A stretch of DNA of 64,000 bases, taken from assembly GCA_965209055.1 (NCBI GenBank), contig OZ242374.1:4352001-4416000 (forward strand). Direction: 5' to 3'. Below the pieces are notes generated by a model. The model was not told the origin of the DNA. It saw only the letters and a list, made by a program, of their open reading frames with translations, and ran no database searches. A program made the position numbers and the translations under genes. Shown here one piece after another: positions 29,487 to 39,508 of this stretch; within the stretch, counting starts at the first letter, position 1; every line of letters begins with the position of its first letter. Source of the DNA: Acidobacteriota bacterium. Its GTDB lineage: Bacteria > Acidobacteriota > UBA6911 > RPQK01 > JAJDTT01.

Positions 29487-30662
29487 CTATCGGGCAGATC
29501 CTCGAGGCTCCTGGACACTCAGGAAGAAGAGGATGCCGGCCGCCGCCGAGAGCAACCCCACCAGTACAACGACGGCCCCGTATCCGGACCAGGAATAGCA
29601 CCAGCCCGAGACCAGGACCACCGCCGCGATTCCCATTTGCGAGAAGCAGTTTCGAAGAGCCAGGTATGAACCGCGCTCATCGGTCCCCACCAGTTGCGTC
29701 TGCAGGGTCTGCAAAGCAGTCTGACGGAAACTTACGCACAGGCTTACGGCGAAGAAGAGGCCGATGAGACCCGCTCCCCAGGGCATCGTCATCAGGCCCG
29801 AAATGGTGAGGATGAAGGCCAGGTTGGACAACAGAAACACCTTTCGCTTGGTCCAACGATCCACCACCCAACCCGAGATCAGGCTGCCCGTGACCGCGGC
29901 GATCCCCGCCACCACAAACAACCAGGAGATCTGGACCGGACTCACGCCGAAGCGGCCGATGAGGTAGCCGGAGAGATAGACCATCAGCGCCATGGTGCCC
30001 CCGGCGACGGCGAAGGAGACCAGCAGGGCGCTTCTCAGGGGACGAGCCGAGAAAAAACGGCGGTAGGCAAACCGAATCCTTCCACCCGCCGGGGCGCCTG
30101 AGCGGAAGCCGGACAGCGGCCCCCACAGCGAGGCCAGGACCGCCGCGGCCAGGAGGCACGAAGCCAGGAACACGGTCCTCCACTGCCAGCGATCGGCGAT
30201 CCAGGTTCCGGCCGGAACTCCCACGATCAAGGCGACGAAGTAGGCGCTCAGGACGATGCCTATGACCCGGCCCCGGCGACGGTAGGGAAAGATGTCTCCC
30301 ACCAGGCCGGCCGTGCAGGTCGAGATGAGTCCCGATGCCGCTCCCGTGCCGGCCCGTAGCCAGAGGAGTTGCAGATATCCCTGGGAGAAGTGGGTGACCA
30401 GAGACAGCAGGGCGAAAACCGCCAGACCCGCCCGGAGAAACGGAAGCCTTCCCCAGCGATCGGTGAAGGGGCCCACCAGCAGGTTGAATCCGCCGGCCGT
30501 CAGCGCATAGACACTGAAGAGCCGCCCCATCCCCTCCACCGAAGTCCCATAGTCCGCTTCCAGGCGCCCCAGAAGGGGGATCAGCATCTGGGCGTCGACG
30601 GCGGCCAGCAGCAGCCCTCCAAACAGTGCGGCAATGGTCCAGCGGTCACGAAACCGGCTCAT
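29487..30662 (-). CDS. MFS transporter
   Basis: About 12 hydrophobic segments, GPFTDRWGR motif A; ATGA overlap with the tsaB stop. Confidence 0.88.
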   Translation of the reverse strand: MSRFRDRWTIAALFGGLLLAAVDAQMLIPLLGRLEADYGTSVEGMGRLFSVYALTAGGFNLLVGPFTDRWGRLPFLRAGLAVFALLSLVTHFSQGYLQLLWLRAGTGAASGLISTCTAGLVGDIFPYRRRGRVIGIVLSAYFVALIVGVPAGTWIADRWQWRTVFLASCLLAAAVLASLWGPLSGFRSGAPAGGRIRFAYRRFFSARPLRSALLVSFAVAGGTMALMVYLSGYLIGRFGVSPVQISWLFVVAGIAAVTGSLISGWVVDRWTKRKVFLLSNLAFILTISGLMTMPWGAGLIGLFFAVSLCVSFRQTALQTLQTQLVGTDERGSYLALRNCFSQMGIAAVVLVSGWCYSWSGYGAVVVLVGLLSAAAGILFFLSVQEPRGSAR

Positions 30663-31357
30663 GGATGGCCGAGATGCGGGGCGCGGGGGGGAATCCTGGC
30701 ATCCGACGGACGCAGATAGTTGGCCTCCAAGCGCCGTGCGCCACCGGTCTCACCCCTCATGTGCCTCCGGTGGGCCAGGAGGCAAAGCTCCGGCAGGATG
30801 CAGTTGTCCGAACTGGCGACCCGGGACCCGGGATGCAGCGCCTGGATGGTGGTGCGGTACTGCTGCGCACCGTCGCCGACGAAGAGATGGTCTCCAGGGG
30901 GAACCCGCCTCAGGAACTCCGCGGGGGGCGCCACCTGTTCCTCGATCTCGAGGCGGACGCCCGCTTCGGGAACGGTGCGATAACAGGCTCCATAGATCTG
31001 TTGCCTTCGGGCGTCGATCATGGGAACGATCCGGCTCCGCGCCCAGCGGAAGCGGAAAGCGAGTGCTTCCAGGGTGGACAGCCCCACGGCGGGCCGATCC
31101 AGACTCTGGGCAAAGGCCTTGACCGTGGCCACGCCGATTCGCAGTCCGGTGAATGAGCCCGGACCCGCCGCCACCGCAAAACACCCCAATTCGCTGCGGT
31201 TCAACCGGAGGCCATCCAGCAGTAAATCCAGGCACGGGAGCACTTCTTCCGAATACCGCAGCGGCGCCTTCAACATGACCTGGCCGATCACTTCGGCGTT
31301 GCGGCTCAAGGCGATCCCGCCGCTGTTGGTGGCCGTATCGAGGGCCAGGATGTACAT
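30659..31357 (-). CDS. tsaB: tRNA threonylcarbamoyladenosine biosynthesis protein TsaB
   Basis: ILALDTAT, GPGSFTGLRIG, IDARR, YLRPSDA. Confidence 0.93.
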   Translation of the reverse strand: MYILALDTATNSGGIALSRNAEVIGQVMLKAPLRYSEEVLPCLDLLLDGLRLNRSELGCFAVAAGPGSFTGLRIGVATVKAFAQSLDRPAVGLSTLEALAFRFRWARSRIVPMIDARRQQIYGACYRTVPEAGVRLEIEEQVAPPAEFLRRVPPGDHLFVGDGAQQYRTTIQALHPGSRVASSDNCILPELCLLAHRRHMRGETGGARRLEANYLRPSDARIPPRAPHLGHP

Positions 31358-31426
31358 GGCAGACACTCCCGGAACTGGCGAAAATCCCGGAGTTTATTTC
31401 ACACGTTGCTGCTAAAGTAAATCATC

Positions 31427-33925
31427 GTGGAACGTCTCACCCCGATGATGAAACAGTACCATGAGATCAAGCTCCGGCACCCGGGGATCCTGCTTTTTTT
31501 CCGCCTGGGCGATTTCTACGAGATGTTCTACGAGGATGCCGTCGTCGCCAGCCGCGACCTGGAGATCACCCTCACCTCCCGGAACAGCAATGCCAAGGGT
31601 CAACCCATTCCCATGTGCGGCGTGCCCCACCACGCCATCAACACCTATCTGGGACGGCTGATCCGAAAGGGCCACAAGGTGGCATTGTGCGAGCAGGTCG
31701 AGAATCCGCGCCTGGTCAAGGGACTCGTCCGGCGCGAGGTGGTCCGCATCATCACTCCCGGGACCGTGATCGAGGAGGGGGTCCTCGACTCCAGGGAGAA
31801 CAACTACCTGGGCAGCCTCCTGCAGCACAATGACCGGGTCGGCCTCTCCTTTCTCGATCTCTCCACGGGGGAATTCTGGATCACCGAGTTCAGCGGCCGG
31901 GAGTCCTGGCAGCGGGCCCGGGAGGAGTTGGCGCTCTTTGGCCCGCGGGAACTGGTCCTGGCCGAGAAGGATGGCTCGCGGATCGGCGAAGAATTGTCGG
32001 CTGCCGATTACAGGCAGATCTCCCGGACCGTTCAGGAAGACTGGACTTTCGATACCGACTACGCCCGTCGCCTGCTCCTGGAACATTTTCGGGTATCCAC
32101 CCTGGAGGGCTTCGGCATCAATGGACAGGGCGCGGCCGTTTCGGCCGGTGGTTCCCTGCTCCATTACGTCCGCCAGACCCAGAAGGCTCCCCTGGACCAC
32201 ATCACCGAGATGCGCCTCCTGGAGACGCGAGACCACCTCAAGATCGACGAGACCAGCGTCCGAAACCTGGAACTGGTCCGCGAGCTGAACGGGGGCCGGC
32301 GCTGGACCCTCCTCTCGACTCTCGATTTCACCCGAACCGCCATGGGCGCCCGCCTGTTGCGCCAACGGATCTTGCGGCCTTCCCTCGACTTGGAGCAGAT
32401 CCGCCGACGACAGGACGCCGTCGCCGAATTACAGTCGTCTCTCCTCCAGATGGAGCGCTTGGGCAAGCTCCTGGATTCGATCCAGGATCTGGAGCGGCTG
32501 CTGAGCCGCGTCACTCTGGGCACCGCCAACCCGAGAGATCTGGCCGCGCTCAAAACGTCCATCCAGATCCTGCCCCGGTTGGCTCCCTTGCTGGAGCAAT
32601 ACGGCAGCCGGTTGCTGGAACCCCTCGAGGACACGCTGCCGGACATGGCTGAGGCGTTGGAGACTTCGCTGGCCCGCAATCCCCCCGTCAGCCTGACGGA
32701 GGGAGGGATCATCGCTCCCGGCTTCCATTCCGAGTTGGACCAACTTCGCGAGATTGCCCACTCAGGCAAGTCGTTCCTGGCCAAGCTGGAATCCCAGGAA
32801 CGGGAGCGGACGGGGATCCCGAGTCTCAAGGTCCGGTACAACAAGGTTTTCGGCTACTTCATCGAAGTCACCAAGACCCATGCCACTTCGGTTCCGGACC
32901 ATTACGTCCGCCGCCAGACACTGGTGGGATCGGAGCGGTTCATCACTCCCGAACTCAAGGTCCACGAGGAAAAGGTCCTCCAAGCCGAAGAGCGGATCTT
33001 CGAGCTGGAACGGGACCTCTTCCTGCAGCTCCGCCGGGAGGTCGCCGCTGAAGCCGCACGGATTCAGCAGGCGGCCCGGCGCGTGGCGGAACTCGACGTG
33101 TTGCTCTCCTTGGGCCAGGCCTCCAGGAAGTACGGCTACTGCAGGCCGCAGGTCGACGACTCCTGCGAGCTGGACATCGACGAGGGACGGCATGCCGTGC
33201 TGGAGGTTCAGGACGCAGGGGAGCCATTCGTGCCCAACCCGTTGCTGGCGAACAACGAATCCGATCAGATGCTGATCCTGACCGGTCCCAACATGGGGGG
33301 CAAGTCCACCTATCTTCGCCAGAACGCCCTCATCGTCATCATGGCCCAGATGGGATCGTTCGTGCCGGCCCAGCAGGCGCGCGTCGGCCTGGTGGATCAG
33401 ATCTTCACTCGAGTCGGCGCCAGCGACGATCTGTCCCGCGGCCGCTCCACCTTCATGGTGGAGATGATCGAGACGGCCAACATCCTCAACAGCGCGACGC
33501 GAAGAAGCTTCATTCTGCTGGACGAAGTCGGACGCGGCACGGCAACGTTCGACGGGCTCTCCATTGCCTGGGCCGTCGCCGAATATCTCCTTACCGAACC
33601 GGGCCGACGGGCCCGAACCCTCTTCGCGACCCACTACCAGGAACTGACCCAGTTGGAAACGATCTACAGCGGCGTCAAGAACTACCGGGTTGCCGTGAAG
33701 GAGTCGGGGGACCGGATTCTACTGTTCCACCGAGTTCTACCGGGCGTCGCCAACAAGAGCTATGGAATCGAGGTCGCCCGCCTGGCAGGGCTGCCCAGAA
33801 GCGTAGTCGGGCGCGCGCGGGAGATCCTTTCCCGACTGGAACGCAAGGAACTCAACCTCTCGGGCAATTCCCGGCAGCCTCACGTTTCCGAGCCCTTCGA
33901 ACAGCATCAGGGGACTCTCTTCTGA
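31427..33925 (+). CDS. mutS: DNA mismatch repair protein MutS
   Basis: TPMMKQY, GDFYEMF, TGPNMGGKSTYLRQ, STFMVEM, DEVGRGT, SYGIEVA. Confidence 0.97.
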   Translation: MERLTPMMKQYHEIKLRHPGILLFFRLGDFYEMFYEDAVVASRDLEITLTSRNSNAKGQPIPMCGVPHHAINTYLGRLIRKGHKVALCEQVENPRLVKGLVRREVVRIITPGTVIEEGVLDSRENNYLGSLLQHNDRVGLSFLDLSTGEFWITEFSGRESWQRAREELALFGPRELVLAEKDGSRIGEELSAADYRQISRTVQEDWTFDTDYARRLLLEHFRVSTLEGFGINGQGAAVSAGGSLLHYVRQTQKAPLDHITEMRLLETRDHLKIDETSVRNLELVRELNGGRRWTLLSTLDFTRTAMGARLLRQRILRPSLDLEQIRRRQDAVAELQSSLLQMERLGKLLDSIQDLERLLSRVTLGTANPRDLAALKTSIQILPRLAPLLEQYGSRLLEPLEDTLPDMAEALETSLARNPPVSLTEGGIIAPGFHSELDQLREIAHSGKSFLAKLESQERERTGIPSLKVRYNKVFGYFIEVTKTHATSVPDHYVRRQTLVGSERFITPELKVHEEKVLQAEERIFELERDLFLQLRREVAAEAARIQQAARRVAELDVLLSLGQASRKYGYCRPQVDDSCELDIDEGRHAVLEVQDAGEPFVPNPLLANNESDQMLILTGPNMGGKSTYLRQNALIVIMAQMGSFVPAQQARVGLVDQIFTRVGASDDLSRGRSTFMVEMIETANILNSATRRSFILLDEVGRGTATFDGLSIAWAVAEYLLTEPGRRARTLFATHYQELTQLETIYSGVKNYRVAVKESGDRILLFHRVLPGVANKSYGIEVARLAGLPRSVVGRAREILSRLERKELNLSGNSRQPHVSEPFEQHQGTLF

Positions 33926-33992
33926 TTCCGGCCTCGAAACTTCAGGAGCGTCCCACCGAGGCGCCGCCGGCAGGTTCCGTGGGGACAGCAAA

Positions 33993-35594
33993 TTGAAGCG
34001 ATCCACGCTCTGCGGAATGGCATTGCTGGCGCTCCCGCTGTTCGTGTCTCTCGACACCTCCTCCGTCTGGGACTCCAACGAAGCCTTCTACGTCCAGACC
34101 CCTCGCGAAATGGTGGAACACGGGGACTGGATCGTTCCCCGCTTCAACGGCCAACCGCGGGTGAACAAGCCCCCGCTCAGCTATTGGCTGGTCGCCGCGC
34201 CCTATTCGGTATTTGGCGTCTCCATCTTTTGGGAACGGCTGATGCTGGCCCTCCTGGCCTACGCCTCGGTGTGGGCGGTTTTTCTCTCCGGTCGGATTCT
34301 GGTCTCGGAACGGGCGGCTTTGCTGGCCGCCGTCCTGTTCACCACCACCTTCCGCTTCCAGGTCCTGGCTCGACGGCTGCTCATCGACATCCTGCTCCTG
34401 TTCTGTATCCTGGCGGCGCTGACCGCCTTCCTCTACTGGTGGAAGCGGGGCCGTGGTTCAGGCCTGATCCTGGCGGCTCTTTTTCTGGGTCTGGGAGTGC
34501 TGGCCAAGGGACCGGTCATCTTCCTGCCGGCGCTCATCCTGGCCGCCTTCACCTTTTGGTCCGTGCCGTCCGACCGGTTGCGCCGGGCTCCCTGGGCGCG
34601 TTCGCTGCTGGTGTTTCTGCTGGTCGCGAGTTCCTGGTACCTGCTGCTGGGGATCACCCAAGGCTGGGACTCGGTGTCGGACTTCCTCTGGAAGGAGAAT
34701 CTGGGCCGTTTCACCCACGTGGACTTCGGACCGCAACGGGGCCTCCAATACTATCCCCTGGTCTTCCTGGCTGATTACTTTCCCTGGTCGATCCTCTTGC
34801 TCGGCGCTGTGGCCGGCAGGTGGTCCGCTCGCCGCTTCCCCGATCACAGCCTCTCCATCCTCGTCGCGCTCTGGATGGGATCGTTTCTCCTCTTCTTCTC
34901 CCTTTCTCTCAACAAGCAGGAGTACTACATCCTCCCCGTCTATCCGGTGGCCTCCCTGTGGCTGGCCGCCTGTCTGGACCGGGAGAAAATGCCCGTCTGG
35001 AGCCGGTGGCTGGTTTGCGGCGTCCTGTTCGCCGCGGCCGCATCCCTGGCCGTTGTCGCCTGTTCCCTGTTCCGGGACGTGACCGGGTGGTGGCTTCCCC
35101 TTCTCTGCCTCGCGGCGGTCGGACCGGCGGTGGCGGGATCACGGATCCGCCTGGCGGCCTGGACCTTGAGTCTCTTCTACGCTCTGGCTTACCTCGTCTA
35201 CCTGCAACCTCTGGAGGAGTACCGGCCGGTCCGTCACCTGTCGAAGATCATCCCTTCCGGGAGTCCGTCCGGAGCCCCTGTGACGGCCGGTTACTATCGA
35301 TTGTCGACTCCAAGCCTCGCCTACTACCTGAATTCAACCATTCTGGAGCTTGGCACGCCGGAACAGGCCCTGGAGGCGCTGCGAGCCCCCGGCCCCGTCT
35401 ACCTGATCATGGCCGCCGAGGACTACCCCCGGCTGAAGCGGGATCTGGGGCCGATCCTGAAAATTGAGGGAGTCCGGCCCAAGCTGTATACTACCGCCTC
35501 CACGCTCGTCGAAGGTTGGAAACGTGGCCGACTCGACATCCGTCCCGAGGCTTGGACCCGCCCCGTCTACCTGGTCAGCAACCAGGGTGGATGA
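33993..35594 (+). CDS. ArnT/PMT-like membrane glycosyltransferase (GT-C)
   Basis: DSNEAFY..TPREMV..GDWIVP, NKPPL, LAKGP, KQEYYILP; polytopic. Confidence 0.85.
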   Translation: MKRSTLCGMALLALPLFVSLDTSSVWDSNEAFYVQTPREMVEHGDWIVPRFNGQPRVNKPPLSYWLVAAPYSVFGVSIFWERLMLALLAYASVWAVFLSGRILVSERAALLAAVLFTTTFRFQVLARRLLIDILLLFCILAALTAFLYWWKRGRGSGLILAALFLGLGVLAKGPVIFLPALILAAFTFWSVPSDRLRRAPWARSLLVFLLVASSWYLLLGITQGWDSVSDFLWKENLGRFTHVDFGPQRGLQYYPLVFLADYFPWSILLLGAVAGRWSARRFPDHSLSILVALWMGSFLLFFSLSLNKQEYYILPVYPVASLWLAACLDREKMPVWSRWLVCGVLFAAAASLAVVACSLFRDVTGWWLPLLCLAAVGPAVAGSRIRLAAWTLSLFYALAYLVYLQPLEEYRPVRHLSKIIPSGSPSGAPVTAGYYRLSTPSLAYYLNSTILELGTPEQALEALRAPGPVYLIMAAEDYPRLKRDLGPILKIEGVRPKLYTTASTLVEGWKRGRLDIRPEAWTRPVYLVSNQGG

Positions 35595-36585
35595 GCCCCA
35601 ACCGAGACTGTCCATCATCGTTCCCGTCTACAACGAGAAAGCCAACCTGGCGGACCTGTACCAGGGTCTGACCGAGGTGCTCCAGGGGCTCGGGGTCGAC
35701 TACGAGATCCTGTTCATCGATGACGGAAGCAACGACGGAGGGACGCGGATCCTGGCGGACCTCGCCGAACAGGACGACCATGTCCTGGTCTTGCAGTTCG
35801 CCAGGAACTTCGGCCAGACGGCGGCCCTCTCGGCCGGTTTCGACCATGCCCGGGGCGAGATCATCATTCCCATGGATGCCGATCTCCAGAACGATCCCGC
35901 CGACATTCCCCAGATCCTGGACAAGCTCGACGAGGGGTACGATGTGGTCAGTTGTTGGAGAAAGGACCGGCAGGACCCGTGGTTGACCCGCATCCTCCCC
36001 TCCCGGGCCGCCAATCGAATCATCAGTTGGATCAGCGGCGTCCGTCTCCGCGACTACGGATGCACCCTCAAGGGCTACCGGAGCGAATTTCTGCAACATA
36101 TCCGGCTCTATGGAGAAATGCACCGGTTCATTCCGGTCTACGCGAGCTGGACCGGCGCCAAAGTGACCGAGATCCCGGTCCGCCATCATCCCCGGCGGCA
36201 CGGACGATCCAAGTACGGCCTCCTGCGGACCATCAAGGTTCCTCTGGACCTGATGACCGTCAAGTTTCTGGTCACCTATTCCACCAAGCCCATGTATCTC
36301 TTCGGCGGACTGGGACTGGTCTCGATCCTCTTCGGGTGGCTGCTCAGCGCGCTCGCCCTCTACCAGAAATTTCTTCAGGATGTGAAGGTCCACCGCAACC
36401 CCCTCCTCCTGCTTTCGGTGTTCCTCTGCATCGTCGGAATCCAGTTCATTCTTTTCGGTCTGGTGGCGGAGCTCATCATTCGGACGTACCACGAATCGCA
36501 GGGCAAGCCCACCTACATTCTCAGCCGGACGATCCGAAAGGAACAGGAATCCCGTTCGCACTCGGCCGGTTCGGCCCCGGAGTAA
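35587..36585 (+). CDS. GT2 polyprenol-phosphate glycosyltransferase (ArnC/DPM-like)
   Basis: SIIVPVYNE, DDGS, RNFGQTAA, MDADLQND, two C-terminal TMs. Confidence 0.9.
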   Translation: MDEPQPRLSIIVPVYNEKANLADLYQGLTEVLQGLGVDYEILFIDDGSNDGGTRILADLAEQDDHVLVLQFARNFGQTAALSAGFDHARGEIIIPMDADLQNDPADIPQILDKLDEGYDVVSCWRKDRQDPWLTRILPSRAANRIISWISGVRLRDYGCTLKGYRSEFLQHIRLYGEMHRFIPVYASWTGAKVTEIPVRHHPRRHGRSKYGLLRTIKVPLDLMTVKFLVTYSTKPMYLFGGLGLVSILFGWLLSALALYQKFLQDVKVHRNPLLLLSVFLCIVGIQFILFGLVAELIIRTYHESQGKPTYILSRTIRKEQESRSHSAGSAPE

Positions 36586-36589
36586 TCTC

Positions 36590-38047
36590 ATGCAGGTTTT
36601 GGATTGGCTGCTGACGAACACGACGACGGTCTCGGGCTGGATCTGGGGCCTCCCCATGATCGTGCTCCTCTTCGGCACCGGGCTGCTCCTGACTGCAATG
36701 ACCCGCTTCGTTCAAATCCGTCATTTGGGCAGCTCGATTCGGCGGATTCTGAAGGGACCCCGGGCGAAGACCCGGGACCAGCAGCGCTCCCAGGGAGACA
36801 TCACACCGTTTCAGGCCCTGATGACCGCCCTGTCGGCCACTGTGGGCAACGGAAACATCGCCGGTGTTGCGACGGCCATTGCCGCCGGCGGACCGGGAGC
36901 CGCCTTCTGGATGTGGGTCACCGCCGTCTTCGGAATGGCCACCAAGTACTCGGAGGCCGTTCTGGCCATCCTCTTCCGCCGCCGCATGCGGGACGGAACC
37001 ATGGCCGGCGGGCCCATGTACTACTGCCGGGACGGCGTCCGGGGGCAGCTCGGTTTCGTCCTGGGGGGCGTCTTTGCCGTGTGCGGCGCGGCGACCGCGC
37101 TTCTGGGGACCGGAAACATGTTCCAGTCCCAGTCCATGGCCATGGCGGTCCGCGAGCAGTTCGGAACCCCTCAGTGGGCAACTGGCCTGGTCATGAGCCT
37201 GCTGGTGGGGCTGGTAATCATTGGCGGCATCCGCCGCATCGGGGCCGTCGCCGAGCGCCTGGTTCCGGTGATGATCATTTTCTATTTTTCCGGAGCGTTG
37301 CTGGTGATCATCAGCAATATCTCGCTGGTTCCGGATGCCTTCCGCCTGATCGTGGTGTCCGCCTTCAGTCCCGAGGCGGTCTTTGGGGGAGGCGTGGGGA
37401 TCGGAGTTCAGCAGGCCATGCGATTTGGAGTGGCCCGCGGCGTCCTCTCCAACGAGTCGGGCCTGGGAAGCGCGGCCATCGCCCATGGAGCCGCCCGGAC
37501 TCGATACCCCGTCGTCCAGGGCGGCATCGCCATGATGGGCACCTTCATCGACACCATCATCGTCTGCACATTGACGGCTCTGGCCATCACCGTCTCCGGA
37601 GCGTACCGCAGCGCCTCATTCCTGGTGGAGGACGGTCTCCGGGGAGCCGACCTCACGGTCCACGCGTTCGCCGTGGGCATGCCCGACTGGACCGGAGGGT
37701 GGGGCGGCCTGGTCGTCGCCTTCGCTTCCCTGATCTTCGGGTTCACCACGCTGATCGGATGGAGCTACTACGGTCAGATCTGCTGCGAGTACCTCTTCGG
37801 CCTGAAAGTCGTCAAACCGTACCGGGTCCTCTTCGTGGTGCTCCTGTTCGCGGGAGCGCTGCTCACGGGACGCTATTCCTCCATCATCACCAACGTGGGA
37901 GACATCTGTAACGCCGCAATGGCATTTCCCAATCTCATAGCGCTGATCTTACTGAGCCGCCGGGTCGCGGACGTCACGCAGGAGACCTACGTGGCGGGAG
38001 ATCCATACGCGGCCCGGGTGCCCAAGCTGCCGGATCCTATCGGTTAA
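36590..38047 (+). CDS. Alanine/glycine:cation symporter (AGCS family)
   Basis: ALSATVGNGNIAGVA, GGPGAAFWMW, GGPMYY, SNESGLGS. Confidence 0.92.
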   Translation: MQVLDWLLTNTTTVSGWIWGLPMIVLLFGTGLLLTAMTRFVQIRHLGSSIRRILKGPRAKTRDQQRSQGDITPFQALMTALSATVGNGNIAGVATAIAAGGPGAAFWMWVTAVFGMATKYSEAVLAILFRRRMRDGTMAGGPMYYCRDGVRGQLGFVLGGVFAVCGAATALLGTGNMFQSQSMAMAVREQFGTPQWATGLVMSLLVGLVIIGGIRRIGAVAERLVPVMIIFYFSGALLVIISNISLVPDAFRLIVVSAFSPEAVFGGGVGIGVQQAMRFGVARGVLSNESGLGSAAIAHGAARTRYPVVQGGIAMMGTFIDTIIVCTLTALAITVSGAYRSASFLVEDGLRGADLTVHAFAVGMPDWTGGWGGLVVAFASLIFGFTTLIGWSYYGQICCEYLFGLKVVKPYRVLFVVLLFAGALLTGRYSSIITNVGDICNAAMAFPNLIALILLSRRVADVTQETYVAGDPYAARVPKLPDPIG

Positions 38048-38092
38048 ACGTCGAGAAGCGGATCTACGGGAAGTATCCGGACTCCAGCGGCA

Positions 38093-39040
38093 TCAGGAGG
38101 AGGGGGACCGGTCGGACGCTCTGGGCGGCAATCCAGCCGCCTCGACGATTTCAGCCACCAGCTCCTCCTGCCGGTACGCCATGATGTGGACTCCGCTGAT
38201 TCCGGGAATCTCCCGCGCCTCCCGGATGATCTCGACGCAGATCCGCATTCCTTCGCGGCGCTGACGATTGCCCGGAACTCCCTTCAGACGACGGATCACC
38301 TCGTCCGGGATCACCACTCCCGGAACATTCTTCCGGATCCATTGAGCCGCCTTGGCCGAGCGCAGGGGACCGACGCCCAGCAGGAAAAAGACCTTCTCGT
38401 GCAGGCCCAGGTCCCGAACCGAATTCATGAAGCGGCGAAGCCTGGGCATGTCGAAACAGTATTGGCTCTGGATGAAGTCCGTCCCCGCCTCGATCTTCTT
38501 CATCAGCCGGAACGGACGGTAGTCGTAGGGGGGAACGAAGGGATTGCTGGCGGCCCCCAGGAAAATCCGGGGATTGGATTCCAGCTTCCTGCCGCTCAGG
38601 AAGCGGCCCTCGTCCCGGAGCAGGCGGGCCGTTCTCAAAAGAGTCATGCAATCCAGATCGAAGACCGGCTTGGCATCCGGATGGTCTCCCACTCCCACTC
38701 CGTCGCCCGTCAGGCACAAGACGTTCCGGACTCCCAGGGCCGCGGCCCCCAGCAGGTCTCCCTGAATGGCGATGCGGTTCCGGTCCCGGCAGGCGACCTG
38801 AAGCACCGGCTCGTAGCCGGCCCTGACCAGCAAGGCACAGACGGCGACGCTGGACATATGGACGTGGGCCCCGGAAGCGTCGGTGGCGTTGATGGCGTCG
38901 CACACCGGCGCCAGGACCAGCGCCCTTTCGACGACCGTTTCGGGGTCTGCGGTGTCGGGGGAGTTGATCTCGGCGGTGACGGCGAAGCCACCCGAGCGAA
39001 GCACCCGCTCCAACCGTGAGCCCGATTTCAAGGGATTCAC
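38093..39040 (-). CDS. metF: Methylenetetrahydrofolate reductase
   Basis: CRDRNRIAIQGDLLGA, LCLTGD, KKIEAGTDFIQSQYCFD; GTG start overlaps the metV stop (GTGA). Confidence 0.9.
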   Translation of the reverse strand: MNPLKSGSRLERVLRSGGFAVTAEINSPDTADPETVVERALVLAPVCDAINATDASGAHVHMSSVAVCALLVRAGYEPVLQVACRDRNRIAIQGDLLGAAALGVRNVLCLTGDGVGVGDHPDAKPVFDLDCMTLLRTARLLRDEGRFLSGRKLESNPRIFLGAASNPFVPPYDYRPFRLMKKIEAGTDFIQSQYCFDMPRLRRFMNSVRDLGLHEKVFFLLGVGPLRSAKAAQWIRKNVPGVVIPDEVIRRLKGVPGNRQRREGMRICVEIIREAREIPGISGVHIMAYRQEELVAEIVEAAGLPPRASDRSPSS

Positions 39041-39489
39041 CGCTTCCAATGGGGACCTGCCTTTTCGCCTTCGGAGAAGTGATTGATCCAGGCGGACGAC
39101 CCTTGGCGGTCGTAACTCAGCGGTGGCAGTACGTGCAGAATCTCGGAACCGAAGCGGGGCATCTTTCCGGACCGTTCCCAAGCCTGTACCCAGACGCACG
39201 GCATTTCAGGAACGACCTCGCAATGCCCATTGGGCCGCACCCCGCCACAGGGTCCGTTGCGGAGATTCTTGGGACAGGTCATGGGACAGGTCATCCCGGT
39301 GCTGTGCAGGACGCATTGACCACACATGCGACAGTCGAAAACGGCGCCCTTGGTCAATCGCTCCGCCGGAATCAGGAACCGTTCGAACCGGCTTCCGGGT
39401 TTGAGCCGGGAACGGAACAGTCCCAGAATCTTCACACTTAGAAGATAGATCGACTCTAAAATTTGAGGGTGATTCTGAAGGAATCTCAC
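39037..39489 (-). CDS. metV: MetV-like zinc-finger/Fe-S partner of MetF (MTHFR C-terminal-like domain)
   Basis: CRMCGQC..TCPMTCPKNLRNGPCGG..CEV....CVW. Confidence 0.88.
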   Translation of the reverse strand: MRFLQNHPQILESIYLLSVKILGLFRSRLKPGSRFERFLIPAERLTKGAVFDCRMCGQCVLHSTGMTCPMTCPKNLRNGPCGGVRPNGHCEVVPEMPCVWVQAWERSGKMPRFGSEILHVLPPLSYDRQGSSAWINHFSEGEKAGPHWKR

Positions 39490-39508
39490 GGTTCTCCGCT
39501 GCCCTCGT